A stretch of 64,000 nucleotides of DNA from Giardia intestinalis (lineage: Eukaryota): NCBI GenBank assembly GCA_000002435.2, contig CM018793.1; one strand, written 5' to 3'. Below, in pieces: positions 28,694 to 38,343 of the stretch. The position numbers and the translations under genes were made by a program. Within the stretch, counting starts at the first letter, position 1. Each line of letters opens with the position of its first letter. Under the pieces are notes generated by a model. That model had not been told where the DNA came from. It worked only from the letters and a program-made list of their open reading frames with translations, and did not search any database.

Positions 28694-29173
28694 ATGACCG
28701 GAACTAGCAACGTACAGCCATCAGATGTCCCGGGCCAGCAGCTAGATGTGGGTACGTTACCAAACGAGGCCCTAGAGGCCATCTACAAGCAGGTAGTAGT
28801 TGAGCTGGATACGTTGTCCAAGACGCTCCCACTCATCCAAGGAGCAATCAATGAGCGCATTGCCGCAATAGAGGCAATCAAAAAGTTTCAGAGCATCAAG
28901 CCGGATGACGAAGTCCTTGTACCCCTCACTCTTTCTTCCTATGTAAAGGGGAACGTCCCCGACACATCGAAGGTCATGGTCATCCTCGGGGGAGGATACA
29001 CGGCGGAGATGTCGGTACCAGATGCCATAGAGTTTGAGAATTCACGCCTCCAAACCAGGCGCGCAGAGCTTAGCAAGGTCAAGAATGCGATGGCAATTCA
29101 CAACCAGACAAGAGCGCAGATTGAGGACGAGGTAGAGAGGCGCAGGGTCTCATCAACTGCCCAGAAGCAGTAA
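28694..29173 (+). CDS. PFD5: Prefoldin subunit 5 (alpha-type prefoldin)
   Basis: ...LEAIYKQVVVELDTLSKTL...DEVLVPLTLSSYVKGNVPDTSKVMVILGGGYTAEMSVPDAIEFENSRLQTRRAELSKVKNAMAIHNQTRAQIEDEV parallels PFD5 (LLVPLTSSMYVPGKL...VLVDVGTGYYVEK...). Start moved from the track's TTG (28646) to MTGTSN, after gagaatttaATG. Confidence 0.6.
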   Translation: MTGTSNVQPSDVPGQQLDVGTLPNEALEAIYKQVVVELDTLSKTLPLIQGAINERIAAIEAIKKFQSIKPDDEVLVPLTLSSYVKGNVPDTSKVMVILGGGYTAEMSVPDAIEFENSRLQTRRAELSKVKNAMAIHNQTRAQIEDEVERRRVSSTAQKQ

Positions 29174-29210
29174 ATGGAAGCATGCTACTCTATACTTTTC
29201 AGTTGCGTGT

Positions 29211-31418
29211 TCATTCTGCCGGGCGCTGCTCTATGACTATTGTGGTCAGGAACTTCTCCACAGTGTAGTTATATACCCGATATCCTTTGGTCATGAGCTG
29301 AGACGATATAAACGGCATTTTCCCCTTGACAATCCGCCTGGCAACGGACCAATCCAGATTGACTTCGTAAACAAATTCAAAGGTCAGCACGGGATCTAAA
29401 CTGGAGAGGATATCATGAGGCTTTACGGGGTTCTGGGGCTGATATGTCGCTTGTGACACCGGTCTTGTCCAGGTGCTAGAAAATACACTCTGGTCATCAT
29501 CTGCATACGATTGAGATGGTTGGACTAACGGGGCTTCCTGTGCGGACGACTGAGATGATTGTATGGGTGGAAGCATGCTTGGAGGTAGTGATTCATTGAT
29601 AAAGGCCGTCTGTAGAGCCATTAGGCGCGATTTTTTCCACTGTTCATAATTCGCTTGTGCATTCGGCTCCTCATAGCTCTGCTGCCGTTTATCCTCATAC
29701 ATAGATTCATTGCTATTGTCTGTTGTTGGAGGAACAAGACTGTAGGGCATCGCCCCGCCTATGTTCATTGCCATTTGTGTCCACGGAGCGTGTCCTTCCC
29801 CTGCTGCATTTCTGCTGTGATCCACTGTGGCTCCATAAATGCTAATCCCAAGTGAGTCCTGGATACCGGGGTAAGCAGATGCAGATACAGAGGACCCGGG
29901 ACCTGGACGGGGCGCAGTCGAACCGGGCTCAGACGGTTGGATCTGATGTGTGCTCTGCAGCTCTGCAATCCTCGCTAAGAGAAAGGAGACGATGTCACCA
30001 ACAATGGATTTTTCCGATCGCAATACGCATGTGTTCTTTCCAAAAACGGGTGCGTCAACGGGGAAGGGCTTTATGAGAGACATCATGTTGAGACCCATTT
30101 TCACTATGATGGAGGTAGACATTCTGAGAAATGCAGATGGTATGTATGCATCCACCATTCCCCTGAGGCAGAGAATAACGTCCGTGTGATACCAGGCACC
30201 GTCAATCTTAGTCATCGACCACGTGTGCCGCCGGTTGGCAGATTTAGAAGGCAAAGAGATGACGTTGCTATTTCCCAGGGGTCCTGAGACAATTGCAGTT
30301 GCTTCCGTGTCTCTGCCGATCTGTGTTTGGGTGGATGGTTTGAGGACCTGGCTGGCAGACAAGTTGAGATCGGGCTCTGGCTTGATCTCCTCCACAATAG
30401 TTTCAAAATTCTTCTTAGTGCCCTTCTTAGTGGCAACAATCTTCCTGTTTATTATCTCACCGTCCTCAGCAGATACCGCTATCCCTGCAAACGACTCACC
30501 TGAGCCGTTCTCTCCCTTATTGGTCAGATGACCTGTATATCTATGGCCACCAAGACTGTCTGGACGATGGATGGAGCTCAAGGTCATGTTCATATTCGTC
30601 GACCCAGCAAGGATACCTTCACTGTGCTGCTTCTGCACTAGATCGAGTACCATGGCATCTTGCTCTCCGTATATGTGATCGTACTGATGTGTGACATCAT
30701 TCATAACGTTGAACTTGTCTGTTCCGTGGGTGCTGAAAACTGTTCGCGGAGATGCATCCTTCGGGTGGGCAGAAAAGATAGAAACATCGGCTGCTACATC
30801 TCTGACAGAGTAGTCACCGCGAACACATGTTGCCTGTATTCCGATCATGGAGCAAAGGAGCTGATACGCTTTGGCAAAACCTTCACATGAAGATCTGCGC
30901 CTGAGAAAGAACCCCTCGATAGTGAATTGAGACATATCCGTGTCAGAAAGCACCTCGTATCTTCCGTAGCTGAGCAGCCACTCTATAACGACCTGAATCT
31001 TGGCAAGGTCCGTTTCTGTGCGTCCGACCACTTCTTGAGAATGATAGTACGGCTTAAAGTAGAGGTCTATCGTTTCCATGATTTGCTGGGCCCTAGACCT
31101 AACTATCTCTGGGTTGAATGCTGCAAATGTTAGGGTGCACTTGCCTTGGTCTGTGGAAATAGACTCAACAAAGGTGTGGAAGATCTCTGGGTGATCCAGA
31201 AGTACTGCCTGGTTGACTCTGTTTGCAGACTTTCGGCTTCTAGCTGCAGCGTACATGAGACAATCCAAAGATGACGAATAGGATCTATAGCCGTCTAGTA
31301 TAAAGTCATAAAGTTCCTGCTCCTGTTGAGATAAAGTTCCGCGGTAGATACTGGGGGTAGCAATGTTGAAAGCTAGTGACTGATTCTCTTTTATAGCAGT
31401 TGAATTCCCGCAACCCAT
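29211..31418 (-). CDS. Transglutaminase-like (kyphoscoliosis-peptidase-type) cysteine protease superfamily protein with N-terminal myristoylation/palmitoylation motif
   Basis: It starts MGCGNST (Gly2 myristoylation consensus MGxxxS, Cys3). The transglutaminase-like core has a Cys-His-Asp arrangement: ...SCEGFAKAYQLLCSMIGIQATCVRGDY...RRHTWSMTKIDGAWYHTDV. The track ORF begins at an upstream GTG (31430), and the ATG lies 4 codons in, after gtgaaaaaacttATG. Confidence 0.6.
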   Translation of the reverse strand: MGCGNSTAIKENQSLAFNIATPSIYRGTLSQQEQELYDFILDGYRSYSSSLDCLMYAAARSRKSANRVNQAVLLDHPEIFHTFVESISTDQGKCTLTFAAFNPEIVRSRAQQIMETIDLYFKPYYHSQEVVGRTETDLAKIQVVIEWLLSYGRYEVLSDTDMSQFTIEGFFLRRRSSCEGFAKAYQLLCSMIGIQATCVRGDYSVRDVAADVSIFSAHPKDASPRTVFSTHGTDKFNVMNDVTHQYDHIYGEQDAMVLDLVQKQHSEGILAGSTNMNMTLSSIHRPDSLGGHRYTGHLTNKGENGSGESFAGIAVSAEDGEIINRKIVATKKGTKKNFETIVEEIKPEPDLNLSASQVLKPSTQTQIGRDTEATAIVSGPLGNSNVISLPSKSANRRHTWSMTKIDGAWYHTDVILCLRGMVDAYIPSAFLRMSTSIIVKMGLNMMSLIKPFPVDAPVFGKNTCVLRSEKSIVGDIVSFLLARIAELQSTHQIQPSEPGSTAPRPGPGSSVSASAYPGIQDSLGISIYGATVDHSRNAAGEGHAPWTQMAMNIGGAMPYSLVPPTTDNSNESMYEDKRQQSYEEPNAQANYEQWKKSRLMALQTAFINESLPPSMLPPIQSSQSSAQEAPLVQPSQSYADDDQSVFSSTWTRPVSQATYQPQNPVKPHDILSSLDPVLTFEFVYEVNLDWSVARRIVKGKMPFISSQLMTKGYRVYNYTVEKFLTTIVIEQRPAE

Positions 31419-31560
31419 AAGTTTTTTCACCTTTTGTCAGACACAGGCAGTCACGCCTTCCTTGAGATCCCGACTGTCGTACATATCTTTTCATGTACAC
31501 AAATGGAGTAGTAGTAAAGTTAGTCCATGGCGTTTTAAAGATAGTAAAGATAGAGTTCTT

Positions 31561-32832
31561 ATGCAGAAGGACCGGCTGCCCTCATTGGAGCTGTGCCCAG
31601 ATACCCTAGTGGCTGTGGCCAGGGAGCTGACTGAATTTTTAAGCAGTTATGCGTGCACCGGAGCTACTTCTAAATTCTCGACAGCTCTATCTAAGGAGCT
31701 AGAAACACTCATTCGGAAACACTGCCCAGTCTGCCAAGGAACATTAGCGATCGTTTGTGGAGACCACCAGTTGGGCGTGTACCCCAGAGATGAAGTCGTT
31801 GCGTTATTGTTTACACCACCTAATGACAGTGTCCACAGTCCCTTGACAGACGGTGGATTTGAAAATAGTACCCTTCATGACGCGCTACTAGATGCTAAAT
31901 ATACAATAATAGCATATACTACCACCAGCATCTCCTTGGTGACAACCTCAAATGATTTGACACTATTCTATTACGTTGCACTAGTTATAGATCCGGCAGT
32001 TCACTCTTTTTATGACCGGTCAATGAATGCCGCTCTTTCTAAACTGTATATGTCCTCACCCGATGCAATGGCTCTTTACCTTTTTCTATGGAAAATGGGG
32101 CTTCATTCGACAATGAGACAAAATGCTTCATCTTTATCTTCACATCATGGAGAACAACTTTCAAAAACAACTGGCTCAACGTTCGATTCGCTGCTCCTTC
32201 CGGAAGAGCTGCTCTACTTGCGATTGCACTTGCACCTTCTGATTTTCTATTTCATTACAGCTTACTCCAAGAAGCGACTACGCACAGTCATGCCCGACAG
32301 GAGCAAAGGTGCAAGCCTTTTGACTATGCTTATATCTCTTGCCGATCATATAGCAGATCTTCAGCGCGAAACCGCTGTCCGACCGTCCTGTATTGTTACT
32401 GATTGGTCTATTTGCTCACTAATTCAAGGGCCTACGGCCATTAAGCTTGGCGTGCCAGAGACTGGTAGTCTATACTTTGCCAGCTACGGACTCGCTGGGC
32501 TTTTGCCCTTCAACGATAAAGGCGGGCACTTTCTTGTTTTTCTCATGACAATGGACACAGCGATGCTTAAGCTCCTCTCTGTTATGAAGCTCGAGCTGCA
32601 ACCCGATAAGTACTATCTTTCCATATTGATTGGCAACTACCAACTCAGCTCTAAAACAGTTGGACCTGTTCCCTTCTCAAGTCAATCAACTCCCCTAGAT
32701 CTCAGCTTTCGTTTGATGATAGCTAGTAGTGAAACAAGTAGTGTCCCTAACAGTGTCCCTAGCAGTTTACACAGCACCCCTACCCAGAAGCGCACGCTTG
32801 ATACTACAGATACGCATACTCCTCTTCCTTAA
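31561..32832 (+). CDS. Hypothetical protein (423 aa)
   Basis: The track ORF starts with TTG at 31462. The first in-frame ATG (MQKDRLPSLEL) follows the AT-rich gatagtaaagatagagttcttATG. No recognisable domain. Its 3' end overlaps the convergent gene by about 29 nt. Confidence 0.4.
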   Translation: MQKDRLPSLELCPDTLVAVARELTEFLSSYACTGATSKFSTALSKELETLIRKHCPVCQGTLAIVCGDHQLGVYPRDEVVALLFTPPNDSVHSPLTDGGFENSTLHDALLDAKYTIIAYTTTSISLVTTSNDLTLFYYVALVIDPAVHSFYDRSMNAALSKLYMSSPDAMALYLFLWKMGLHSTMRQNASSLSSHHGEQLSKTTGSTFDSLLLPEELLYLRLHLHLLIFYFITAYSKKRLRTVMPDRSKGASLLTMLISLADHIADLQRETAVRPSCIVTDWSICSLIQGPTAIKLGVPETGSLYFASYGLAGLLPFNDKGGHFLVFLMTMDTAMLKLLSVMKLELQPDKYYLSILIGNYQLSSKTVGPVPFSSQSTPLDLSFRLMIASSETSSVPNSVPSSLHSTPTQKRTLDTTDTHTPLP

Positions 32833-34360
32833 ATTCCCACCTGTTCCCTTCAAGAGGCTTGGGCTGGTAGTCTGCGTGGTATGTACTCTCACCATCAAAC
32901 TTTGTGCCATCCCCAACCATAAAGTGCGTTTTTCTTAGGCCAGACCCATCCACAGGAGCACTTGCACAATTATTGAACGCAATGTATTTGGAATTGTACT
33001 CTGTACTACTGAGGAACCTGCCTCCCGCTGCCTCCCTCATTATGTGTGAGTCGCGCAACCCCATGTCTACAGCATCAGTCAGCTTTTGGCCAGCGTACGG
33101 CTTACTTTGAAGTAGCATGTCAGACGTGGTGGTTGTGGTTTGGAGTGGATTGATACCAGACAGCTCCGAAAGGTGTGATCTCCGTAGACGCTGCGCAGCA
33201 TCTGGATCTAGGGATGAACGCGCATCTATACTGGGTACCTTGTTATAGTTATCCATGAACTCTGATGCTCCAGCAAACTTTGCAGTTGTTGGGTTCAAAT
33301 TGATGAAGCCACTTTCCCGCTGTATGCGATTCTTCAGGTCTGATGGCTGATAGTGAGCATTATTCAATTCTTGAGGGTTGTAGGCGACATATTTTGCAGC
33401 AGTTTCAGACAGATTTTTGCCTTCAACTGTTGCAGGATTAAGTACATGCTTCTTTGTATCCTCAGACTCAGGCTTCAACAAACCCGAGGGGACGTGGCCA
33501 GGGTAATTAACGTAGTTTGCCTGGTGCTCAGTTTCCTTGGTCAGCATCTGGGCCTGCATGGGATATGGTAGGTGGGACCTCCGCAGCGCAGTCGGGTCCA
33601 TGTTATCCCACTTATCTCCGCGTACTCCTGCCGTCTGGCTCAGCATGTCTCTAGTTTCTGAAGAGCGAGGTCCACTGGGATCATATCCTTGATCGATGTG
33701 GCTCCTCCGCAGCGCCATATTCACCGGCTTAGCCGCAAGCTCGTCATAGTTTGAGCCAGTAAGATACGGTCTATACTCATCTTGCGTTTCAGAGAACTTC
33801 CCCTTGAATCCTTCGTTGGCTGTTGGAAAGTGGGACCTCTGGAGAGTTGCCGTATCCAGAAGCTGTCTGTTTGGGTCTATTGAGTGCCTGACAAAATCTG
33901 TCTGCTGGATCGACTGTCCTAATGGCACACCGGAGCTCCCAGGTGCGACCTCAAAGTGCGATCTCTGCAGGGCCATGCTTGCAGCAGGAAGGACCGCACC
34001 AGAACCTACTGGGTATGGCTTATAGTCGTGTGTGTAGACAGACTCACCTTCCGGGACATGGCCACCCTGGGTGAGATTTATGTTGTCTGGTTTATGGTGT
34101 AAACTCACGGCAGATTCCTGCACGTCAAACGGCCTCTCGATGAATTCTGCTTGGTGCTCAGATAAACCAAGATTTGAGGTGTGATCACCACTGATGCTAA
34201 AGTGAGATTTCCTAAGATTGGCGCTTGCTGCACCTGGATCAACAGAATTTCCCTGAACACTTCGTGGGACGTATTCATCGTGGTACTCCGAGTTGACTTT
34301 GTGGGGGTAGGATACCAACTTGATGTGCGACCGCTGAAGAAGATGAGTACGGCTTGTCAT
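32804..34360 (-). CDS. Repeat protein with about 9 tandem modules carrying L-[RQ]-[RKD]-[ST]-H-[FIL] and T/S-x-Y-x3-Y motifs (possible microtubule-associated/axonemal protein)
   Basis: The motifs LQRSHIKL, LRKSHFSI, LQRSHFEV, LQRSHFPT, LRRSHIDQ, LRRSHLPY, LRRSHLSE, LRDSHIMR and LRKTHFMV recur every 40-60 aa. Each is followed by Y-rich segments (SEYHDEYVP, SVYTHDYKPYP, TQDEYRPY, ANYVNYP, AKYVAYNP, STYHADYQPKP). Start set at the first in-frame ATG (MTSRTH...) after caaagaattttATG. The track's TTG start would abut OLA1. Confidence 0.5.
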   Translation of the reverse strand: MTSRTHLLQRSHIKLVSYPHKVNSEYHDEYVPRSVQGNSVDPGAASANLRKSHFSISGDHTSNLGLSEHQAEFIERPFDVQESAVSLHHKPDNINLTQGGHVPEGESVYTHDYKPYPVGSGAVLPAASMALQRSHFEVAPGSSGVPLGQSIQQTDFVRHSIDPNRQLLDTATLQRSHFPTANEGFKGKFSETQDEYRPYLTGSNYDELAAKPVNMALRRSHIDQGYDPSGPRSSETRDMLSQTAGVRGDKWDNMDPTALRRSHLPYPMQAQMLTKETEHQANYVNYPGHVPSGLLKPESEDTKKHVLNPATVEGKNLSETAAKYVAYNPQELNNAHYQPSDLKNRIQRESGFINLNPTTAKFAGASEFMDNYNKVPSIDARSSLDPDAAQRLRRSHLSELSGINPLQTTTTTSDMLLQSKPYAGQKLTDAVDMGLRDSHIMREAAGGRFLSSTEYNSKYIAFNNCASAPVDGSGLRKTHFMVGDGTKFDGESTYHADYQPKPLEGNRWEFKEEEYAYL

Positions 34361-34411
34361 AAAATTCTTTGCTTGGTGGGAGCTTAGGATCCAATTTTTT
34401 GAAACTGCCAA

Positions 34412-35632
34412 ATGCCACCCAAAGGGAAGAAGGAGGAGGACGACTCGAAGGTCATCGCCCTTTTGGGCCGCGCCAAGAACTCGCTTTCAATGGGCATTGT
34501 TGGGCTTCCAAATGTGGGAAAGTCTCTCACCTTCTCCACTCTGACAAAGGTCCAGGTACCCAGCGAAAACTATCCCTTCTGCACGATAGACCCCAACCAT
34601 GCGCGTGTTGCTGTACCCGACAAGCGCTTCGAGTGGCTCTGCGGACACTTTAAGCCGAAGTCTGAAGTTTCCACGTTCTTGGACATAACAGACATAGCAG
34701 GTCTTATTAAGGGCGCTTCAGAGGGCAATGGTCTTGGAAATGCGTTCCTATCACACATCAAGGCAGTAGATGGAATTTACCATGTCGTGCGTGTCTTCCC
34801 AGATGAAGATGTGAGCCACGTGGAAGGGGAGATTGACCCCACGCGTGACCTAGAAATCATAACCACCGAACTTACAGCAAAGGACCTTGAGTTTCTTGGA
34901 GCACGCATCACCGATAATGAGCGCAAGATCGAGCGGGGCCTGGATAAAAGTCTCAAGGATGTCCAACCAATATACCTAAAAATAGAGGGACTACTCAAGG
35001 AAAAGAAGGATCTCTTTGCCCAGAGCTGGTCGCCCCGTGAGGTGGAGATTCTCAACGAGCTGCAGTTGCTTAGTTGCAAGCCTGTGGTCTATCTTTTGAA
35101 CATGAGCGAGGCAGACTATAGTAAGAAGAAGAATAAGTTTCTTACCAAGATACAGGAATGGATAACGGCCAGAAACGAAAATGCGCATATAGTTCCATAT
35201 AGCGCCAAGCTAGAGGCGACGCTTTTGGAGCTAGGCTCTGCAGAGGCTAGAGACGCTTACCTCAGCGAGCTCCCCTCAAAGTACAAGCTCCCTGACGGTT
35301 CCGTTGTGGAGTCGGCTCTCGATAAGATCATCAAGACGGGATATAAGGCATTGAACCTCTGTCATTTCTTCACATGTGGTGCAGACGAAGTTAGATGCTG
35401 GACGGTCAGAAAATACACCAAGGCGCCGGATGCAGGTGCGGTCATTCACAGCGACTTCCGCGACTACTTTATATGTGCAGAGGTTTATACTTATAAGGAT
35501 CTCAAGAGGTTAGGGTCCGAAGCAGAGGTCAAGGCAGCCGGGAAGGTCCGCACCGAAGGGAAGAACTACGTTGTTGAAGATGGGGACATAATCTTCTTCA
35601 AGAACAACTCACGTGGCGGTAAAAAGAAATGA
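34412..35632 (+). CDS. OLA1: Obg-like ATPase 1 (OLA1/YchF family)
   Basis: MPPKGKKEEDDSKV...LSMGIVGLPNVGKSLTFSTLTK (P-loop), DIAGLIKGASEGNGLGNAFLSHI, a coiled-coil insert, and the C-terminal TGS domain (...HSDFRDYFICAEVYTYKDL...GKNYVVEDGDIIFFK). Confidence 0.9.
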   Translation: MPPKGKKEEDDSKVIALLGRAKNSLSMGIVGLPNVGKSLTFSTLTKVQVPSENYPFCTIDPNHARVAVPDKRFEWLCGHFKPKSEVSTFLDITDIAGLIKGASEGNGLGNAFLSHIKAVDGIYHVVRVFPDEDVSHVEGEIDPTRDLEIITTELTAKDLEFLGARITDNERKIERGLDKSLKDVQPIYLKIEGLLKEKKDLFAQSWSPREVEILNELQLLSCKPVVYLLNMSEADYSKKKNKFLTKIQEWITARNENAHIVPYSAKLEATLLELGSAEARDAYLSELPSKYKLPDGSVVESALDKIIKTGYKALNLCHFFTCGADEVRCWTVRKYTKAPDAGAVIHSDFRDYFICAEVYTYKDLKRLGSEAEVKAAGKVRTEGKNYVVEDGDIIFFKNNSRGGKKK

Positions 35633-35692
35633 GTTCCATAGATACCTCACAGGCCTGCCTATACAGATTGAATGGGTACTTATATGAGAGCT

Positions 35693-37381
35693 TCACTTCC
35701 TATAGAGGTTTATCATCTCGACTATCTCTGGTCGCGTCTCTGGTGGAATAGTAAACCCATTAAGGGATTCGTATTCGTAAGGAAGCAAGATGCGTACTGC
35801 CACTCGTTTGTTCTGGTAGATAGCGTAATGGAGTGCCGTGAGGTTGTGGTGATCTCTCATGTTGGCAAGATGTGGGGCTAGAACACCGATGTCATAGTAC
35901 CTACTGGCGTGGACAGCAGAGATAAGATCGGTGGAAAATACCTTCGCGTCTTCAGGCAGTGAGCCTTCTTTATTCACATCTACAGTGGTGTGCTGCTTAT
36001 CTTGTGTTGAAGTAGTGGGCTTGCTCACAGTGGAACCAGAGAGAGCCGGCCTAGGGCTACTACGACTGGGGCTGGGCCTGGATATGCGTGGCGCTAGCCG
36101 CCCGTGACGAAGCAGGATCTGCTGAAGAGAGTTTCGTGAAATTCCTTCTGAGTCCTCTAAAAGATCTATCAGCTCCATATTGTCGAAGAGCTTGGCATAA
36201 TCTATTGCACGCAGACCCCTATGGTCCACCAAGCCCGCTTCATAAGGAATGAGCGCCTTGCAGGCTTGATAAAGGTTCTGCTCTACGGCATAGATAAGGG
36301 CTGTTTTGCCCTGGAAATCTTGGTTGCTAGTCTCACACTTGATAAGTTCCTGAATAATAGGCTGGTTGTTTGATAGTACTGCATGCATTAGCGCCGTCCG
36401 ACCTACAACGTCCTTCAGACCAACCTCATACTTTAACAGCGTCTGGACGAGCTTTAAATTTCCCTTGTTCACGGCGAACATCAGGGCCGTCATTCCAGCA
36501 GGATCTTGGATCTTCGCCTCGTATTTCCTGAGTATTGCCGCAGCGGACTCATTGCCTATTTCTGCCGCGATCATGAGCGCAGTCTTCCCCTCCCTGTTCA
36601 CGTTTCTGCACAGGATAGAAGAATAGTCAAGCATCTTCTTATAGTTGAAGGTCATGACTGCCCTCATCAAGAGAGTGTTTCCGTTCTCATCTACTTTGGG
36701 ACCACCCTTTACAACATCTGGAGTCGTTGTGATCAGTATGGGAGAAGCGTGTTGGCGCCTTGAGTCATCCCGGTGTGTGAGTCCGTCAAGCACACCCATG
36801 AGGTACGTTATGCAAAAGGTTGGGCCGGCAGCTGTTTCGAGAGAAATTGCCTCGGCTATATCGCCCGCAGGCAGCTTATGACAGTGACGGATGGCGTCCT
36901 GCAGGAGCTCGTAGTCATTCAGCTCAATAGCAAACATTAATATCTTTCTAAACTCCCCATCCTTGCCCTGAGCCAGATCTTTGGATGGATCCATATGCTC
37001 AAAGCACATATGTGCAATGGTGTCCTGCTTGTACTTCAATGCCATAAGGAGTGGAGAAAGACCGGAAGAGGCCTCAACAGAGCCCTCATACGGAAGCAAG
37101 ACTCCTGCAGCATCAATCGAGGACGCGCGGATTGCGTACCCAAGAGCCGTGAACCCCTCAGAGCTGATTTCGCACGCTTCACTAACCAGTGCTTGGACAC
37201 ACGATGCGTGACCTGCATCCGCTGCATGCATCAGCGCAGTCATTCCTCGGGAGTCCACGGCTCGCCGCATGGTCGCTATATGCTGTTTTAGATAGGCGCA
37301 ATCTCCGCGCTGTGCAGCAGAAAACCAGCGGCCAAAGGATTCTTCTGCCGCTTTGCCCTCGTCCTGGTCCATCAGGCTCAT
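35693..37381 (-). CDS. Ankyrin-repeat protein (Giardia 'protein 21.1' type)
   Basis: Repeated GxTALMxAAxxGH modules (GMTALMHAADAGH, GKTALMIAAEIGN, GMTALMFAVNKGN, GRTALMHAVLSNN, GKTALIYAVEQN). ATG start after an A-rich tract. Confidence 0.8.
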   Translation of the reverse strand: MSLMDQDEGKAAEESFGRWFSAAQRGDCAYLKQHIATMRRAVDSRGMTALMHAADAGHASCVQALVSEACEISSEGFTALGYAIRASSIDAAGVLLPYEGSVEASSGLSPLLMALKYKQDTIAHMCFEHMDPSKDLAQGKDGEFRKILMFAIELNDYELLQDAIRHCHKLPAGDIAEAISLETAAGPTFCITYLMGVLDGLTHRDDSRRQHASPILITTTPDVVKGGPKVDENGNTLLMRAVMTFNYKKMLDYSSILCRNVNREGKTALMIAAEIGNESAAAILRKYEAKIQDPAGMTALMFAVNKGNLKLVQTLLKYEVGLKDVVGRTALMHAVLSNNQPIIQELIKCETSNQDFQGKTALIYAVEQNLYQACKALIPYEAGLVDHRGLRAIDYAKLFDNMELIDLLEDSEGISRNSLQQILLRHGRLAPRISRPSPSRSSPRPALSGSTVSKPTTSTQDKQHTTVDVNKEGSLPEDAKVFSTDLISAVHASRYYDIGVLAPHLANMRDHHNLTALHYAIYQNKRVAVRILLPYEYESLNGFTIPPETRPEIVEMINLYRK

Positions 37382-38343
37382 TTCCTCGTTTTTTGTGATG
37401 GCTTTGTGAGCCTATAGAGACCACAGTGTACACTGTTCAACGCTGTTAGCATGTGTGAGACCGTTTTTTGGTTCTTCGTCATTCGTCCCACTCACACCGT
37501 AACACGCGTCGGTACTTTATCCCATCAGGACCCCTCTGCCTCGTACAAGGCGCAGAACGTGTGTGTCGAAGGGGCCAGCTCGCACGTGCCGACAGAACGG
37601 AGGCCGCCTGCGCCGCTCTCCACGGGCATCCTGTGGAAGCGGCTTCTTTCGTGAGAATTCAGTGGACTGCGTTCTGCCGATGGCGCTTTCCACTAGTGTA
37701 GGGCTTGAAGTGCTCCCGCAACGTGCCTTCTTCAGGAGAAAGCGTAACAGGTGAAGAGCGACTGCACTCTCTGCACAGCAGTCCACTGAGCTTGGGCAGA
37801 CTACGTCCAAGGAGACCTGAAGGTCCTGCAATGGGCATAGCTGCAACTCATGGGAGAGCCCCCCGCTGTTCGTACAGACACTTTCTTCAACCATAGAAGA
37901 CTTACAGATGTAAGCACAAGGCATCTGAGATCATGGCTGCCACGAGGTCCAACGACAGCGGCAGATGAATTAGCACTGAGCACGAATCCTTGGTTACAGT
38001 CTCAGAGTAGTCCACATCACGTAGCCCATTTGGGTAGTCAAGCATGAGTGCTCACAGACAGAGCATAGCGCACTGCACTTTGCGGGTGAGATGAAAGCCC
38101 ACCAGTGTTCTACGCTGTTAATGGCTCTAGCCTAGTACTTCACAAGATCCCATCTAGCCGCAGCACGAAGGAGCAGAGGCCGGACATGGACGCATAACAC
38201 TGCATACAATTATATGCAACAGAAAGAATCAGCAAGTGCCAGAATTATATAGGAATACATGTATGGACATCAGTTGACTGAGCTGTAGATTACAGTGTGA
38301 ATTACAGGTGTTTTAGCCCTTTCTTCGGCAGGAAAAATAAAGG

